From: Rhizaria sp. SCN 62-66
Lineage: Eukaryota
Assembly (NCBI GenBank): GCA_001724265.1
Contig: MEDY01000026.1
Coordinates: forward strand, 62,001-125,833
Direction: 5' to 3'
Length of the DNA: 63,833 nt
The position numbers and the translations under genes are program-made. Below the pieces are notes generated by a model. That model was given only the letters and a program-made list of their open reading frames with translations. It did not search any database and was not told where the DNA came from. This document shows, in pieces, positions 39,501 to 54,700 of this stretch (positions are counted from its first letter, which is position 1; the number at the start of each line of letters is the position of its first letter).

Positions 39501-42500
39501 GGTCACACGTTCCGGACTCGTGACCGTGAGCACGTTGAGGCTGACTGCGACGCCACTAGCGGGGCCCATGGCCACGGGACGCGGCAGCGCGGTCACGGAG
39601 CCAGCGTCCGTGTCCGTATCAGTATCCACAGTCGCGCTGGCGATAGCTGCGACAAACGGGTGCGTACTGGAACGCGTCGCAGTCGCACACGGGGGCTCAA
39701 TCATGCGTGCCGCGGCACCGCTGTTGCTACCGCCGCTGGTGGCGCTCGGCCCTGCAGCGAGCCCGGTGCGCTGCAGTGGCGCCAACGAGTCGTCCTCAAC
39801 CGCAACGGCCACCGCGGCGTCACCGTCAATGACCACAGTGGCTGCGTCTGACGCTTGCGGAGACGGGGACCGCGTGTTCGCCTGCGTTTGCGGCTGAAGG
39901 TGAGTATGATGCTGAGCCTGACTCTGCGTCTGCGTCTGCGTCTGCGAGTGCGTGCGCGACAGAGACTGTGGTGAGATTAGCCCGCCGAAGAAGTCACCTA
40001 TCTTTGTGGCGACAGCCGCGACCGTCGCAACGGCACTCGTGGCAAGGCCAACGCTGCTGCTGCTGCTATTGGTCCGAGCCAGATCGCCCGGACTTGGTGA
40101 CTTCACGCCGCCGAGCGTGTTGTTGACATCGAACGAAAACACAGCAGAGCCCGACGCCGACGCAAAGGCCGAGACGTCCGCAGCACTGGCAGATGACGAT
40201 GCAGAGAAAGAAGCGTCAGGAGAGTGGTCAGCCGTGTTAAAAGCGCTGCTGAGCCCGCGTTGGCGCTGAATTGAGGTAGGTGCAGCCGGAAAACTGCTGC
40301 GCATCGACAGCCTGCTACCGTGCTGACTCCCAGCGCTTGCGGTCGCGTTGCTTTCACGCGGTGACAACATGAAGCCGTGTCCACTGGCCATCGAAGTCGC
40401 AGGGACATCACTCAGCCCGAGTCCCCCAGTCGCAGTGGCAGGCGCGATCGCAGTGGCAGCATCGCCGGTGTTGATTGTGACTGCGGGCAGAGAGTCGCCG
40501 AGTGTGTGCGTGAGCGAGTCTGTCCCGTCGCAGCTGTCGCCCATCGTAGCGCTTAGCACCGGCGCAGCCGCCACAGCCGCAACAGGCGCACCATACTCAC
40601 GACCGCCGTACACCACTGGGGTGCCTGAGATGGTGAAGAGAGTGGCACTGTTGCTGTTGAGGTCGATACTATTGTTGTGGCTCGAGCTCGCCCCGATGCT
40701 GCTACTACTGGCGCTGCTGCGGCCGCTGTGGCTACGTTCAACGGCGGCCGCGAGCGACGTCACCGCACAGTCGCCGTCGCCGTCGCCGTCGCCGTCACCG
40801 GTCTGCCGCACTTGCTTTGTTGCCTGCGCAGTTGCGGCCACGGTGATGGGCGAGAGCACCGCGCCCCACGCAGACCCTGACCGGGCCTCATTTTCCGCAG
40901 TATTTGCGCTGGCGTTGGCAGCACTTGCGGAGGCCGAGACGATGGCGTTGGCAAGCGTGGTACGAGTGCGCGTGATCTGACCGGTGGCGCGGCCGAGAGC
41001 GCCGGAATGCGTGCCAGTAAGTGCCTGCGGGGACAACAGCGCAGTGGGCGCTGGCGGAGACTGTGGCTGTGAGGTCTGTGACTGAGAAGACTGTGTACGG
41101 TTGAGCAGGATGGGCTGCTGTGCATTGAGAATGCTCTGTGACACCGCATTGTCACCACCAAAGCCCGTATTCACACTCAGGTCCGCGGTCACGGCGCTGC
41201 TGCTGTTGATGCCGTGCGCCGCGTGGCTCAACGGCAATATCGCAGCAATGCCTGCAGTAGGGGCGCCGGCGCCAGTGAACGCGAACTGCGTCGAAGGCAT
41301 CGTGCGCGCGTTGTCAAACGCGGCGTCACTGAGCAACGCGTGCGAAACATCAACTGCTAGCGGAACACTGGCGTCAATGTCATCACTCTTGTTGTTGTAC
41401 GGCTTGCTATGAGCGGTGTCGGAGTTGTGGCGATGACTCCTTGCGTCGACCGCATCTGAGGAGAGCGACTGCGACACTGACTGGGCTTCAGAGACAGATG
41501 ACAACGAATAAGGCGAATCCTGCTGCTGCTGCTGCTGCTGAGGCATTGAAAATGTCGCGCTTACAACGCGACTGCCTCCGCCGGCCATCGCAGCGGTCAC
41601 ATCAGCGGCGCGCGCCAGACGCTGCTCGAGCGCGATCTCTCGCTTCGTCTGCTTAGACTGCTTCAGACTCGCACCTACAGCCGGCTTAGCGTTGCTAACA
41701 GCGGCACACGCGGGAGCCGGGGCGGTGGAGACAGCTGCTGAAGCAGACGGGCGCGCGAAAGAGCGCGCGAAGCTTGAATCTGTCGTTTGCACCGCGAGCT
41801 CGATGCTGAAGCCCGACGCAGCGGCGCTGATTGCGGCGCTGCTGCCGTCGCCGTCACCGGTGAGACGGGAGAGAAACGAGCGCTGCACCGCGTCGCCGCT
41901 GTCGGCTGCGGGCGTCGTGAGGTCAATGTACTGGGCCGCTCCCCCGCTGCCGTCTCCGTCGCTGGGGCTGCGGGCTGATGCGTTGCAGTAGTCACTGTCA
42001 CTGCTGATGGCATTGTTGTTGCTTTCGCTGGTGCTGAGTTGAATGAGGTGCGCATTAGACGAGTCAGCGCCGGTGTAGATGAAGTCGCACACTCCTTCGC
42101 TCTCATCACTCTGATCAACAAAATGACTGCTGCTTGCCGAGTTGTTCTGCGCAAAGCTGACAAACGCGGGCACAAAACCGTTTGCACCCATGTTCACGCT
42201 GGGCATATGACCGTGAGCGGCGGCATCCGCGGTATCCGCATAAACAAAAGCTCCATCAGGCGATGCACTGTACAGGTCGCCGTACAGCGCGCCAGAGCCC
42301 TCCGCCGCGTATCCACGCATCGCATCGCGGCTGAGGCCGTGGGCGTGACTGTGCCCGTTGTGTGCGGGAAAGGGATACATCGCAGCGCCGTTGTGGCTGT
42401 GCATGAAGTCGCCGTGGCCGTGGTAGGGACCGTGGTACTCAGTGTGGCCGAACTGAGACACACCCGACGCGGTCGCACTCAGCGACGGCTGCGGCGAGTG

Positions 42501-45113
42501 ATGCGACATTGTCGTGTCAAAATCGATCACGTCGTCGTCGTCGTCGTCGTCGTCATCATCGTCGTCCTCGTCGTCGTCGCCGTCGCGCGCAGTCGGCCCG
42601 GCAGCAGTCATGACAATCGCAACCGAGCCCATGTCGTTCGCCATACTAGTATGGCTAGAAGAAGCGTTCGCAGAGGCGGCAGCGTTGTGAGGAGTCACGA
42701 CATTGCTCGCATCTGTATCATCGTCGACAAGGTCGTCGCTGTCGTTCGTGGTGCCACGTTCATCGTCGGTCTCGTCGCCACCCTTGTCCACGCCAGAGTC
42801 TAAGGGGCTGTCTAAGGGGGTCGCCGCGGCGCCGTCTAAGGGCCGCGTGATGGAAAGACTGCTCAGTGCTAAGGAGTCACAGCTACTGTCGGCGAGCCTG
42901 CTGAAAGACTGTGAGCTGCTCAGCAAATCATCCTCCAACTCCTTCTTGATATGGTCATTGTTATTGCTGCTGTTGCGTTTGTTACTGCTCTGCGTCGTAT
43001 TGGCGGTGTTGGCTCTGACGAGAGTGAAGTTCGCGCTGGAGCCGCGACCGAGGCTCTGCGCAGTCAACGAGGGCTGCACTCCAAGCGAGCCGGTGACGCT
43101 GGGCGGCGACACATGAGACAGAGTCGTGCTCGCGTTCTCTCCACACCCGACACCGACCGTGCTCGCACTGGCGCTCGTGAGGCTGGTGTCGGACACGGTG
43201 TCGCTCTCAGCCGCGGCGGCGTCATCGCTCTTCAGACGAGTCGTCACCGTGGCCTCTGTGCGGACGTCGCTCTTGCCAGCGACACTGTGGAGTCGTTTGC
43301 TGCCGCCGAGAGTATCGGTGTTGAGTGAGATCACGGATGACTCGGCGAAACTGCTCGACGGCGTGTTCATCAGCGTCGTCTGCTCACCTGCGCTCACATC
43401 CACGTTCGAGTGGGCATTCACACTCTTGCTGTTGTTGTTATTATTGCTGTCAGAGTTAGACCGCGAGTACTCGTTCGGCGCCCATGTGACAGTCTTTCCA
43501 GCTAACCCAGTCACGATCCCAGAGCCAGCACCAGAGCCTGAGTCACTGCCAGGGTCAATCCCATGTGCAATGAAGCCAGGGCCAGAGTCAGGGCCAGGGC
43601 CAGGGCCAGATCCGGAGAATGAACCAAAGCTAGGTGCGCTGCTGCTGGCCGTAGGGCGCTGAGGCTGTGCGAACCGCGGTTGCGCTGACGGCCGTTGCAG
43701 CGGCAGAATCGTCGCGTTGGCGGATGACACGGTGGGGGAACGCAGGGGAAGTCTGAGTCCGCCGCCATTCGCAGTCGCACTGTCGATGCCACTGGTGGCG
43801 CCAACGTCTAAACCGCCGCCAAGCTTGCTGTGGTGGCCGCGGTGACCGCCGTGGCCGCTATGGCCGCGCAGACTGTGAGTCCGAGAGACAGCGGAGTGAC
43901 CGTGAGAAGAGTGACCGTGAGCGCCCGATCCCACACCACTGCCCGGCACCACACCCGCGGCCCCCACAACTGTCGGCCCCGCAGCCACTATGCCCAGGGT
44001 TCCGCCCACGGGCCCCATGCCCACAGTCATGCCCACGGTCATCGGCGTGGCGATGGTGGCACCGGCAAGCTCTCGCGGCAGCACAAGCACACGGAGCTGG
44101 TCAGACAGTGTTTTCACCACAGATTCCGCTTCGACCCGCGCGCGAGTGACCGTGAGCAGCGAACCTGCGTGGCCGCACTTAGCGCGCACATGGAGCGCTT
44201 CGCTGCGTTTCCTGTTCTCAGACTCGATGCTGGTCCGCATTGCGGCGGTGTAGCCGTCACTGTCGACCCTGTCGTCGTCGTCGGGGCCGTCTTTGTCGTC
44301 TTCGTCGTCGTCATGGCTCCTGTCGCTGGCACTGCTATCACTGCTCTCGCTCAGAGTATCGCTGCAGCTGCCGCTGGTGCCGTTCTTGTCGTGATTGCTT
44401 TTGTTCTCAGCGGCTTCACGGCAGTCGGCTTCCGCGGCGGCGGCGGGCCTGGTGCGCTGGTACTCCTCGCACAGATACGGCGTCCCCGCGGCCGGTACGC
44501 TGTACCGCGCAACCGCCCGCGCAAGACAGCGGCCGCCCAACAGCGCATGCAAGCACCGCAGTGGTGAGCCATTCGCGGTGTCGCACTTCCCGCAGCAGCA
44601 CGCTTGGTCGTCCTTCTTGTTTTCATCGACACACTCCGTGGCCTCTGCGTCGGCGTCTTTGCGCGCAGCACGGAGCGCCTGCTTGAACTCCTTCGTGCCG
44701 TGTCCGTGCCGGGCTTGCAGCGCGAGCACAGTAGTCTGGGCCCGCCACAGCGCGCGCGGCAACCGGAACGGGATCGCGCGCGCCTGCGCGCTCAGAGCTG
44801 CAGCCTCGGCCGCGGCGCGCGCGGCGTCGGCTGCAGATTGCGCGAGCTGGCCGGGGTTTGCACCCGGTCCGCCCCCGTCAGCAACGGCTCCAGGGCGGCG
44901 CTGGCTCGGAGGGATATAGCGACGTTTACACGGCGCCGCGGCAGCGAGCAGTGCCACAACCGGCTCCACAGGTACTGTGCCGGCGGAGGAGGACGATGTC
45001 GCCGACGATGAAGAGGATGTGGAAGAATACGAGTGAGTTGTTGGGGAGGGAGCCGAGGCGGCCGGGTTTGGCGCCGGCTCGGGGCCGATCAGGCCCGGCG
45101 CGGACGGCAACAT
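33537..45113 (-). CDS. Giant (~3850 aa) low-complexity protein with a C-terminal type-II (gamma-like) PI4-kinase domain; reads through TAG 33705-33707 to TGA 33537-33539
   Basis: NELLAYYLD..FAGVPET, IALLDFRILNLDRNEGNMLV, VIPIDHALALP, WKWLSHP. Likely ATG 45113 (MLPSAPG); the frame is open up to ATG 45452. After the TAG, 55 coding-like codons follow (EWVSWRLEYLKNLAMGPAVEMERWVAVMLRKIVQQSLLVAWYVLEKQRKQTRQCR). Confidence 0.8.
37195..37256 (-). repeat. CAG/CAA polyglutamine microsatellite in the PI4K-like gene
   Basis: (tgc/tgt)n on the + strand; encodes QQQQQSQQQQQQQQQQQQQQ. Confidence 0.85.
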
Positions 45114-45740
45114 GCGTTGCACAGACACGCCGCTAGGGAAACTCGCCGCGCAGAGTGAGTGGTGCTTGGGGAGCCGTGCGCGGGGCCAGAGGCCGGGGGG
45201 AAGGCGGGATGGAGTTCGAGAGGTCTCTTTTCTGTGAGGAAGTAGATTATTGTCTCGAAGAGAGGAAGGAGAAGGTGGGATGGCAAACAAACTCTCAAAA
45301 GTGGTCCAAACGCACTTAGAGAATTTTCCCAGCCCCCTACGAAGTTTTAGAAGGATAACCGGGATCAGGTATGCGAGATAAGATGGACTGGTGGTGAGAT
45401 CGGAGTCCTTTCTCTCGCAACAAAGAAGGATATCGAGGCAATAACGCGACATATACGAGCAGATTTTTAGATAATTATATAATTAATGATATTAGTAGAA
45501 ATAACCCGGGGATTTCAGTCTTTAGTCGATCAAAGCGATCCCAGTGTGATGTTCTTAGTCACCTCAACTCTTCTTGGACCGGCATGTTTGTCTCACCCCC
45601 TCTGTTTCCGCTTAAACAGATATAGCCGATCATTAAAAATCGATTTCTGAGATATTATTCTGCGAATCAATACTATTTATGTATTTATTGTTTAATTCAT
45701 TAACATAATCTCGCTGAGGTTTGTATATCTTTCTGGATGC

Positions 45741-48700
45741 TCAATCGGATCCTCCACCACTGCCGCCTCGCAACAACTGTGTTATGAGGTCCATGCCTCC
45801 CAGCACGTCTTGATGTAGGTTCATCAGCGGAGACGTTCCCACGACCCCGCGCATCGCGTGTGTTGCACGTGCTGTACCCGCAACTTCTTTCTCTCCCCAC
45901 GTGCGCGCCGCAGCCACCGCTGCCGTCGCTGCCCTGCGCGCGCCCTCAGTGCTCGCGCCGTCATCATCGCAACTTCCAGCCAACGCTGCTGTAGTTGCAG
46001 CCGCGAGGTCGCGCTCCCACGCGTCAGCAGTTGCGCTGCGTGCCCCGCGCACCGCCACGGCCGCGCACAGACAGAGGTCCGCGTCGCAGCCGGGCGTTAC
46101 GACCCACCGCGCCTTAGCTTTGGACTTGCTCCTGGTCCGCGTCTCGCGTGCTCCAGCGCCCGCTGCCAGCCGCGCGGTGCTGCCGGTCACCAGCTGCGGT
46201 GACCAATCCGCCTGGACCGCCTCGAGGACCGTGAGCGCGGTCCGCAGCATTGCGACTGAGCGACGGCCAGGGGCGCTCTCAGCGCGCGCTGCGGCGGCCA
46301 CGGCTGCGGCGACGGCGTCGGCCTCCGCAACGGCTTTGGCATCATCCCCATCATCCGCGTCACTTTCAGCGCTGTCATCGTCGTCAACCATTGCGTTTGC
46401 GGCGGAGTTGCTGTTGTTGTGAATGCGGTCTGAGTCGCTAACGCGGTTGAGAGCCGGGTGTGGTGATGGGCCAGGGTCGCCTGCAGTTGTCCTGACTACA
46501 CTTACGGCATCCGCATCAACAGCGTTTGTTCCCCCGTTGCCTGGGCGTGGCCGCGTTGTGAGAGCAAACATTGATTTGTCTCTTTGGGGCCCGTGGCCGG
46601 CAACGCCTGTGTCATTGTTGTCCGCGACAGGAACGCGGCTCACAGTCACCGGCTCGCTTGTCAGTTGCGCCCAGTCTGTCCCTGCATCCGCACCTGCTGC
46701 GACGCCGTCGACATCAATCGTCGCACTGACAATGTCGCCATCTGCCATCACAATACCACCGCCGCCGATGCTTTTAGATGACGTGGCTGCTTCGAACCTC
46801 GCCGCCTCAGCCTCCGCTGCAGCCTCCGCGGCGACCGCAGCTGGGTCCTTCACGAGCTTGATCCCAGCACCAGGCCTGGCGGCGCGCCGCAGTCGCCCCA
46901 ACCGACGCGCAGTCTCTTCGCAGTGCCCGATAGCGGTGGCGATGCGTGCCACCGCTGCGGCCACGGTCACGCAGCCGCCGACGCCAGCCGAGACTTCTGG
47001 CACAGCGCGGAAAGTTAAACCGCGGTGTGTTAACACTGTTCCGCTGCGAGCTGCTGTTGTGGCGGGGTCATCTTGTGCAAGTGTGCGGCTGTTTGCGACG
47101 CTAGGTTGAGCGCAGAGAGACGAAGCCGTGAGCAAGAAAAGCGGCGCTGCGACGGGCCACCAGTGTGGGTACAGCTCGCCAGTGACCGTGACTAGCCTCA
47201 GTAGCTCAGAATCACGCTCGCTGGCTATATCCATATCAGCTGTTTGAGAGATTGCGGCAACTGTAGGATCACTCACAATGGTTTGCACTGGCGTTGGCGC
47301 AGTCGCAGCGACTTCTTGCGGCGTGAGATGAGGCAATAGACTCGAAAGCCACAAAGCTGCCAGTGCAAACTGCCCCCTCGAGAGCGCATACATGTCGTTG
47401 CTCTCTTCAGCGAGCGCTTGCCACTCGCTCTCTGCAGTAACACTTGCACTACCACTGCTCGTACGCGCAGTGAAAGCATCATGTGCTGCGTCCTCAGCGA
47501 GAGCCGCTGCTTCACCAGCTGCTCCCCATGCAGACAGCGACGTGCGGCTTAACTTCTGCACGACCTCTCCACTTTCGGCAACGTCGGCCTCTAGTGCCCT
47601 CCACCCGGCCGGTGCCGCAGCAGCGATTGGCAGCCACCCACGCACTGCGCACGCCGCATTGCGCGCGGCGTCTGTGCTGGCGTCAGCGAGTAAGAGCCTT
47701 GCGCGCACAAGAGATGCGAGCGATGAAAACACGCTGTAAGGAATGTACACTGCGTTTACGGAGGAGTCATTGTCAAAACAACCTTCCTTACTCTGGCCGC
47801 GAAGTGATTGCTCCGGTGGCACAGCGAAAACCACGGCTGGACATCCCGGAAGGCCTTGCTGTGTCAGTATGATCGATGCGTATCCCCACAAGGCGCTTTC
47901 GATTTCACTCGCAGCTCCACCGACAGTCGCAGCGCCTGTCCCGATGCCGCGGTTTGCGATACCACGCATAAATCCATCGCCAACGGTGAGCAGCCCGCCG
48001 TGTTCAAGAGCGCTGGCCTCGATCTTAACTTCTGCATCAACATCGCCACCACATAGCAGCACAGTGTGCAGTCGCAGGCCCGCTGGCGCAGCTGTTGGCG
48101 TTGCGCCGCTGACGCCGCTGAGCGCGCGCGCCGAACGTGATTTGTGCTTGTCTATGGCTCGCAACGTCTCTGCACGGCCGGCAATTGTGGTTGCGGTTGC
48201 CAAGGCTTCTTGCGTGATTGTCGTGAGGAGAGATGATTCCGGGTCACTTACGCCAGTGCCCGCACCGCGGCGTCCGATGCCAACGATGACTTCCTGCTTT
48301 TGACTCTCATTCTCCACATCGGTGTCTTCTTCTTCTCTGTCACGCGCAGTACGAGCGCGCTTTGTATTGTGAGAGCTTTGCTGAGCGGGTGGCTCCTTCA
48401 CAGTGAGTAACATGAGCGGCGGTGGTGCCGCAGCGTAACTATAGTTCATGATTTCGCTAACAACACGACGGTAATTCGTGTGAAACGCTGCTGTTAGCGC
48501 GGCGATCGAAGTCAGGCCGCGTTTCTCACGGTCACGCAACAGTCGTCGCTGAGCTTCGCGAGCTTCCCTCTGCTGGTGCACGCTCACAATGTTGCTCTTG
48601 TTTTCAGTCTCGGTGTTACCATCGTACTTCTCGTCGCTGGACTCTGCATGCAATGCAGCTGCCATTGCTGTCGTCGCAGCTGAATTGGCCTCTTCTTGAA

Positions 48701-51700
48701 CCAACAACCGTAGAAGTGCTGAGCCAAGGGACGCTAGAGTCAAGGCCCACAATGCAGGAGCTTTTTGTTCTATCTCAGATGATTGTGTTCTCTGCTTATT
48801 GAAATGGGGGAACGTGACGGTATCGACTGCATCAAGATACCTCTGCCCTCCGTGGCTGACACAATCGCAGGCAAACAACGCTGCGGCCGCCTGATCAGCA
48901 ACAGTGAGCTCATTCAGATCAGTGACACCGCTACCGTCATCGTCAATGACAGACGCGATCAGAGTGTGAGTATAACATTGCAACACACCCCAGGCGACGG
49001 CAACAGAAGCCTCACCCTGCCAACCCACTGGCCCACTGAAGCAGACTGAAGGCTCACTGAGGCCTGTCACTCGCACACGCGCCGCCACCGCAGCAGCATG
49101 GAGTAAGTCCATGTCTGCATCGGCTTTGTTCTGCGCTGCGGTTGCTAATGGTATCAGGCCGACAACGACGGCGAAGGTTAACGCCTTGCGCAGTCCAGCC
49201 TTGATCCACGCGTGATTTTGCTTACGTGGATCTGAGACTGCTGCTGTTTTATTTGCACTCAATGACGTTAAGGCGACTGAAGCAAGGTGTAACACGGATG
49301 TCACGACAGCGATTGGTTCTTGTAAGGACGTGTACGCGCTCGTCAGAGTGGACTGGAGTGTGATTCGATTTGCTGATAGTTCTTGTAGTGCAGCGGTTTG
49401 GTTTACTATCTCGTGGTTACACTCGCGCATGCGTTCATGAAGCGTGCTAATGTGGACATTGCTCTCTTCATGCGGCTGTGCCTTACTTTTTTCATTTGCA
49501 TGACTTTCCGTCACTCGCTGCTGCTATATCATTCTGATCTGCTACTTTAACTCCTCCTGTGATGCGCGCTGCTGCTCTAACTGCAGCGCTGTCGTTGCAG
49601 TTTTTACATCGGTCCGCTCGATCTCTACTGCGGTGCTTGCAAGCGTCTCCAAAGCAGAGTTTACCGCCATCAGTGAAGCCATGAGCGTTGACACCATCGC
49701 CGCGGGCGTCACTATCGGCACTGCTGTTGCACCTGCATCGACGCTCAACACAAGCGCGCGTATGGCATGGTTCACAAGCGCAACGTCACTTGCAACGATG
49801 GGGCACAATGCGATGTCGTCAACTTCGCCGCTCTCTTGCATGACACCAACACTCTCGGTAGGCACCCTGTCAGTCTAGGTCGATATTGCTGCATCAATGT
49901 GTCCGCACAGAGCCCACTGCCGTACATTACTACTGTGGGCCCACGACTGCGTCGAAACACCTGCTCTTTGCTCGACAAGTACGCTTGCCGCAGCACTCGC
50001 TCCGCCACCCAGCAAGCTTGCTCCGCGCCATGCTGCAGCGAGACAGCGTCGCAGTACAGGGCTCTGGGTTACAGCAATGGGCGCATTTGTGATGTCAACG
50101 TTGCGTGCGCGCCAAAGCCAGTGCCACAGCGCAATATGCTTTGGGGCAAAAACGACTGGGACTGTCGGGCTTAGTAGGGCGTGTGCGAGTTGTGACTGCA
50201 GCTTGTGGAACGTCTCTAGTATTGCGCTTAGAGGGGCTGTATCGATGAGCGAAGGTAAAATCAACTCCTCCTCCTCTTCTGTGCCTTGTTGAGAGACGCT
50301 ACCGAGTGCGCTGGCACTGCGAATCTTGTCACAGAGTATTGACATAATGTTATCCTCACAAAACGTCGTGAAAAGTGCAATGCTGTTAAGGCAGCGCAAG
50401 GAGAGTGACTCGAACGCAGAGAATACGTGGGTGTCCAATATAGCTGCGACAGCGGAAGCAGCAAGCACAAACCGCGGAAGGGCTAGTATTGTCTCTGCCG
50501 ACATACTCTCTGGCTGTGTTGAGAGCAGCGTATGTGTTGTTGTGTCTGCCGAAAGCTGCGTGACTGTGAGCGCTAGTACCGATGCTAACGCGTCGTCAAT
50601 CCCAACTCCTGCTGGCAATGGCAACAACAGCATTTCTGGTTCCATCAATACCGCTCGTGCCTCCATCACAGCGTCACTCTCGGCCGCTGCAGCGGAGCTA
50701 CTTCCTCTACGACGTACTGGAGAGTGTGGCGGCGTGAGCTGGTACTCCTCAACACCAACACTGACATTCGCGCGATCTGCGTAATTTGCCGTGTTATTCG
50801 CGTTGCGTCGTGAACCAAGACCACGCCGTAGTGGCGACTGCCAGCCTCCAGCTCTCGGGGAGACCAGCCCTTCAGTCGCTCGAGATTGCGACTGACCAAG
50901 ACTGTCCAGGAGTTTGTGCGCTTCCAATTTGCGCTGACGTTGATCCTCAACTTCTACGGTGTCAGTTGTCGCTGTTGCGACTGACGCTAGCAGTTCAGCA
51001 GGCGTGAAGATAACACCGCTGCGCACAAGCTCTGTGAGGACAATCGCCGTCGTACTTGTGGTTCCTTTTTGAGGGCGCGATGGTAGCTGACGTTCGCGCA
51101 GTTCTACAAGCGATCGCGGGCAACCTTGCAGCGAGCCTACAGAGTCTACAAGAGTTCGCTTCTGTTGATCGTGGATTGAGCGTCCACTATAGTTATCGAC
51201 AACATTCGTGATGATGTACACACCTGCTTCAAGCGTTTGCTCAGCGACATTTTTGATATCATTTTTGAAGATGTTGTCAAGCGTTGCAATCTTGTGAAAG
51301 CCTAACCGTGTGATGATCTCAACATGCTCGCAGAGCAACGGAACATATGCCTTAAGCCTTGAAAGTAACTGCTTGCCAGTACTGCGACCAGCAACCCACT
51401 CGCTTTTAACATGCTCGCATAATAGCACTGTAGCTTTTAGCCTTACAAGGAAACTTCGAAGCGGGGTAAGCACCGTGGCGGCATCATTCACTGTCGCGAC
51501 TATGTCGAGTCCAGGCGAAAGTTCAGGGACAGCTGCGGACCGGAGCTTAGCAAGTGCCGCTCGTTCAGCGCTGCCAAACTCAAGAACGGATAGCGCAAAT
51601 GGAGCAGCTGCTGTGCGCAAAGAACAGTTGCTGACAAGTGTGCTACGCTGTGACACAGTTGAACGTTGATCAGCTTGGTAAGGAGTGGCCCAGAGCCGGG

Positions 51701-54700
51701 ACCCATCAAGTAGCGCACACGCTAGTGTGACCCACGGCGACAGTGTAACATCTCGTGTTGTTGTTTCAGTTAGCATGGCAGATGACCCAGCCTGTGAGGC
51801 GACAGCGGAACGCCCCAGTGCATTGCGCAATCGCAGTTGAAGTAAACCGTCAATGCCTTCTTCCCCGAATGTAACACTTGCCGACTTTGCCGACGCAGAC
51901 TCGCATCGGCGTGTATGTTTTGCAAGCAGCCGACTTGCAGTTGCAAACAGACTGCCACCGGCTGCTGTCAAGGAAGCATCAGTTTCTGCCGTGTCGCGCA
52001 CTACTGTGTAATCATGTAGAGATCCACCGATAGCTCCACCCTGCATTGCGACTGCCCTCGAGATCAAGATCAGTTGTGCTGCTACAGGAATGTTGCCGGC
52101 GCCTGCACCCACGCGTCGTATCTGCCAGCCAGCGCCAGCTCCGGTAGTAGCCAGCCACAACGCAGACGCAGACTAGACATCAGCCCATGCTGCTGTACCG
52201 ACGAATGCCGACTGGGCGACAGCAATTGCAGCAGCTACAGCTGATTGTGCAAGTGCTACGCGACGGTCAGCGATGCCCTTTGTGTCACCGGTCGCAGAGT
52301 CGCCCCAACGCGCAACCGGCGCCGCCGTGGCGGGTACTGCTGTGACACCAGCGCCAGCAGTTGCAACGGGCCAAGCCTGAGTCGCCGCGATTGACACAAC
52401 TCCGGATGCGGATGTAGAGCCCCATGACGCATATTTCATGTCTTCAATGCGACTTAGCATGCTTCCGAGTGTGGTTACGAGCAGCGAGTGGATGAGTATC
52501 AGCGATAAACCACTCAAAGTGACACGCACAATCTCATTATGAGCTGGACTCATATCTTCATTGACGTCGATGTGCTGTGTCCGAGAGGTGAGAGCTGTAA
52601 GAGCGCGGGCCACCGCGAGTGAGCAGGCAACAGTGAGGCCCCTGCGAAGCCCGCGTGGCAACGCAAGAGCAGCACCTGCTGGTGCCCCGTCACCTCCAGC
52701 GTTTGATGCCGTGGTATTTGGACGTGGAAATGGTGGTGTCGGGGCCGGCGACAGAGCGTTGAGAGCGCACGCATCACAGATAGCGTTATATGCATGAGCG
52801 AGCGCAGTGTTCAGTTTAGCATCACCTGCTGCTGCGGTAAGCATAATAAAATGGTTTAGCGGCCGCATGAGCTCCGCTGTGGTTGCAGCCGCATGTGCGG
52901 TTGTCAGACCGCCACGAACTGATGCAGCCGTACTAATCGCGACGGCGCAGTCTGTGTACTGCGTGAGCACTGAGTACAACGCAGACGCTAGTTGTGTCTC
53001 AGTCACCGCGACTTGCACTGCACCAGTGATACCAGTGACTCCTGTCGCAGCGGACGTGAGGCTGACCGTGGGGATAGCAGCGACGGGCGCCACTAACCCG
53101 AGTCCTGCAGCTGCTGCACCAACAACGTGAGACTCGATGTCAGCACTGGCCAGCCCAGCTGCCGCAGCGAGCGCAGGCGTGATCATGGTACTGTCACCTT
53201 GTACTGCAGGAACAGCCGTCGCCATCGTGGTGTTTGCCCAATGCGAAAGCACTGTTGGTCCAGACGCTGCAGCGAACGCGACAGCGGCACAACTTGGGGT
53301 GCGCAGCATCAGTGCCGTCAGGAGGTCAAGTGTTAGCCCGGCGTAGCACCGAGAATGTGGCACTGCCGATAACGGCCCGATCAACCTTGTCGCAATAAAA
53401 CGGGCGATAATACTGCTGAGAGCGGCATCGTTATCATCGGCTGTGACAGGGTGGTTGCCTGTTGTCAATATACGGAGTAGCTCACCGCGGACAGAGTGCA
53501 CGGGAAGCATCGTATTTTCCCCTTCACTATTAAGGCCCTGCCTGACTGCATCAGCTGCCATGGCGTTGGCGCGCTCAATCGCTGCGCTGACGCCAACGCC
53601 GGCGGCCGTGACCCACGATCGCGCGACAGCATCTGTGGCCATTAAGTCAAGCAAGAGTCCCGGCGCAGGCACGGACACGGCTGCTGTTTGCATCCACTTC
53701 AATGCTGCTGTTGCTGATGCTGGAATCGGGCTAGCGTTAGTTTCGTCGGTATCTTGCTCAGACATTGTTGTCAAGGCTTTGAGCAGAGGACTGTCAGCGT
53801 TCGGCCACCGCACGCGCTCGCGCATCCATGCTAGTGCAGGTGCCTGTGGCAGAGTCAATACATGACTTTGCCACTCGTCAGGCTTTTCGATGCTGGTGAT
53901 GAGACTACGAGAGACGCCGCCGAGCGCTGGTACCGTGAGCTGTCCGCGTCTTGGCACAAGCCACCGAGGCCACGCGACCTGTCCCGCCGCTGCGAGTGCT
54001 GAGAGCGCCGTCGCCACCGTTAACAGCGCTGCGCCAGCAACAGAACCAGCGGTGCCCGCATTGTTGTGCGCAGCTGGGCAATGTACCGTAATGGCCGAGA
54101 GCAAGATTATGTCCAAGTCTGGCACGCACGCTGCAATCGCCTCGACCACTGTCTCGGACGCGTCGACTGTGGAGATCAACAGCGATAATGCATTATGATC
54201 AGCATCAGTTGCGCTGTCGGACATAGCTGTTGTGGCGCGACCGGTGCTGCTAACTGTGGGCACCCACGACAGCGGATGCGTTGCAGGCCGCAGACGCAGT
54301 AAGCACGCCAGCAAGTCAGCGCCGATCAGAACGGTCGCCGCATCAACTGACGCTACGCAAGTCTGTACTACTGAGAGCATTATCGTCAAACTAGTGGGGC
54401 TTAATAGAGCGATTGCGTTGGTCAATGGTTGCGGTGCCGCCCGCGGCAGCACAGGCACCACACTGTCAGCGGCTTCGACCAGCATGTCGTTGCTGTCTAC
54501 CGTCTCTTCTTCAGCCAGGACGACGGCCGCTACCGCTGTTGCACTGACGGCGACTGGAGCCTCGGCCACAGTGGTGACGTTCTTCTTCTTTTTGGTGCTT
54601 GCCGTTGCCACTGCGCTCTGCGCTGCGTTCGCCGCGGCAGCTGCAGCGGCTGCAGATGCAAATGCAGAGCACGCGAGCCTTCCATTTGGGGTTGCTGTCG

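Noticed and set aside
49524-52175. Pyrrolysine/selenocysteine recoding, leaky read-through, or A-to-I editing to Trp
   Set aside because: Sec uses TGA and Pyl is prokaryotic. The 3' contexts vary with no shared read-through motif, and four serial leaky stops would give almost no product. Trp fits the polar contexts poorly. Editing is not formally excluded without RNA data.
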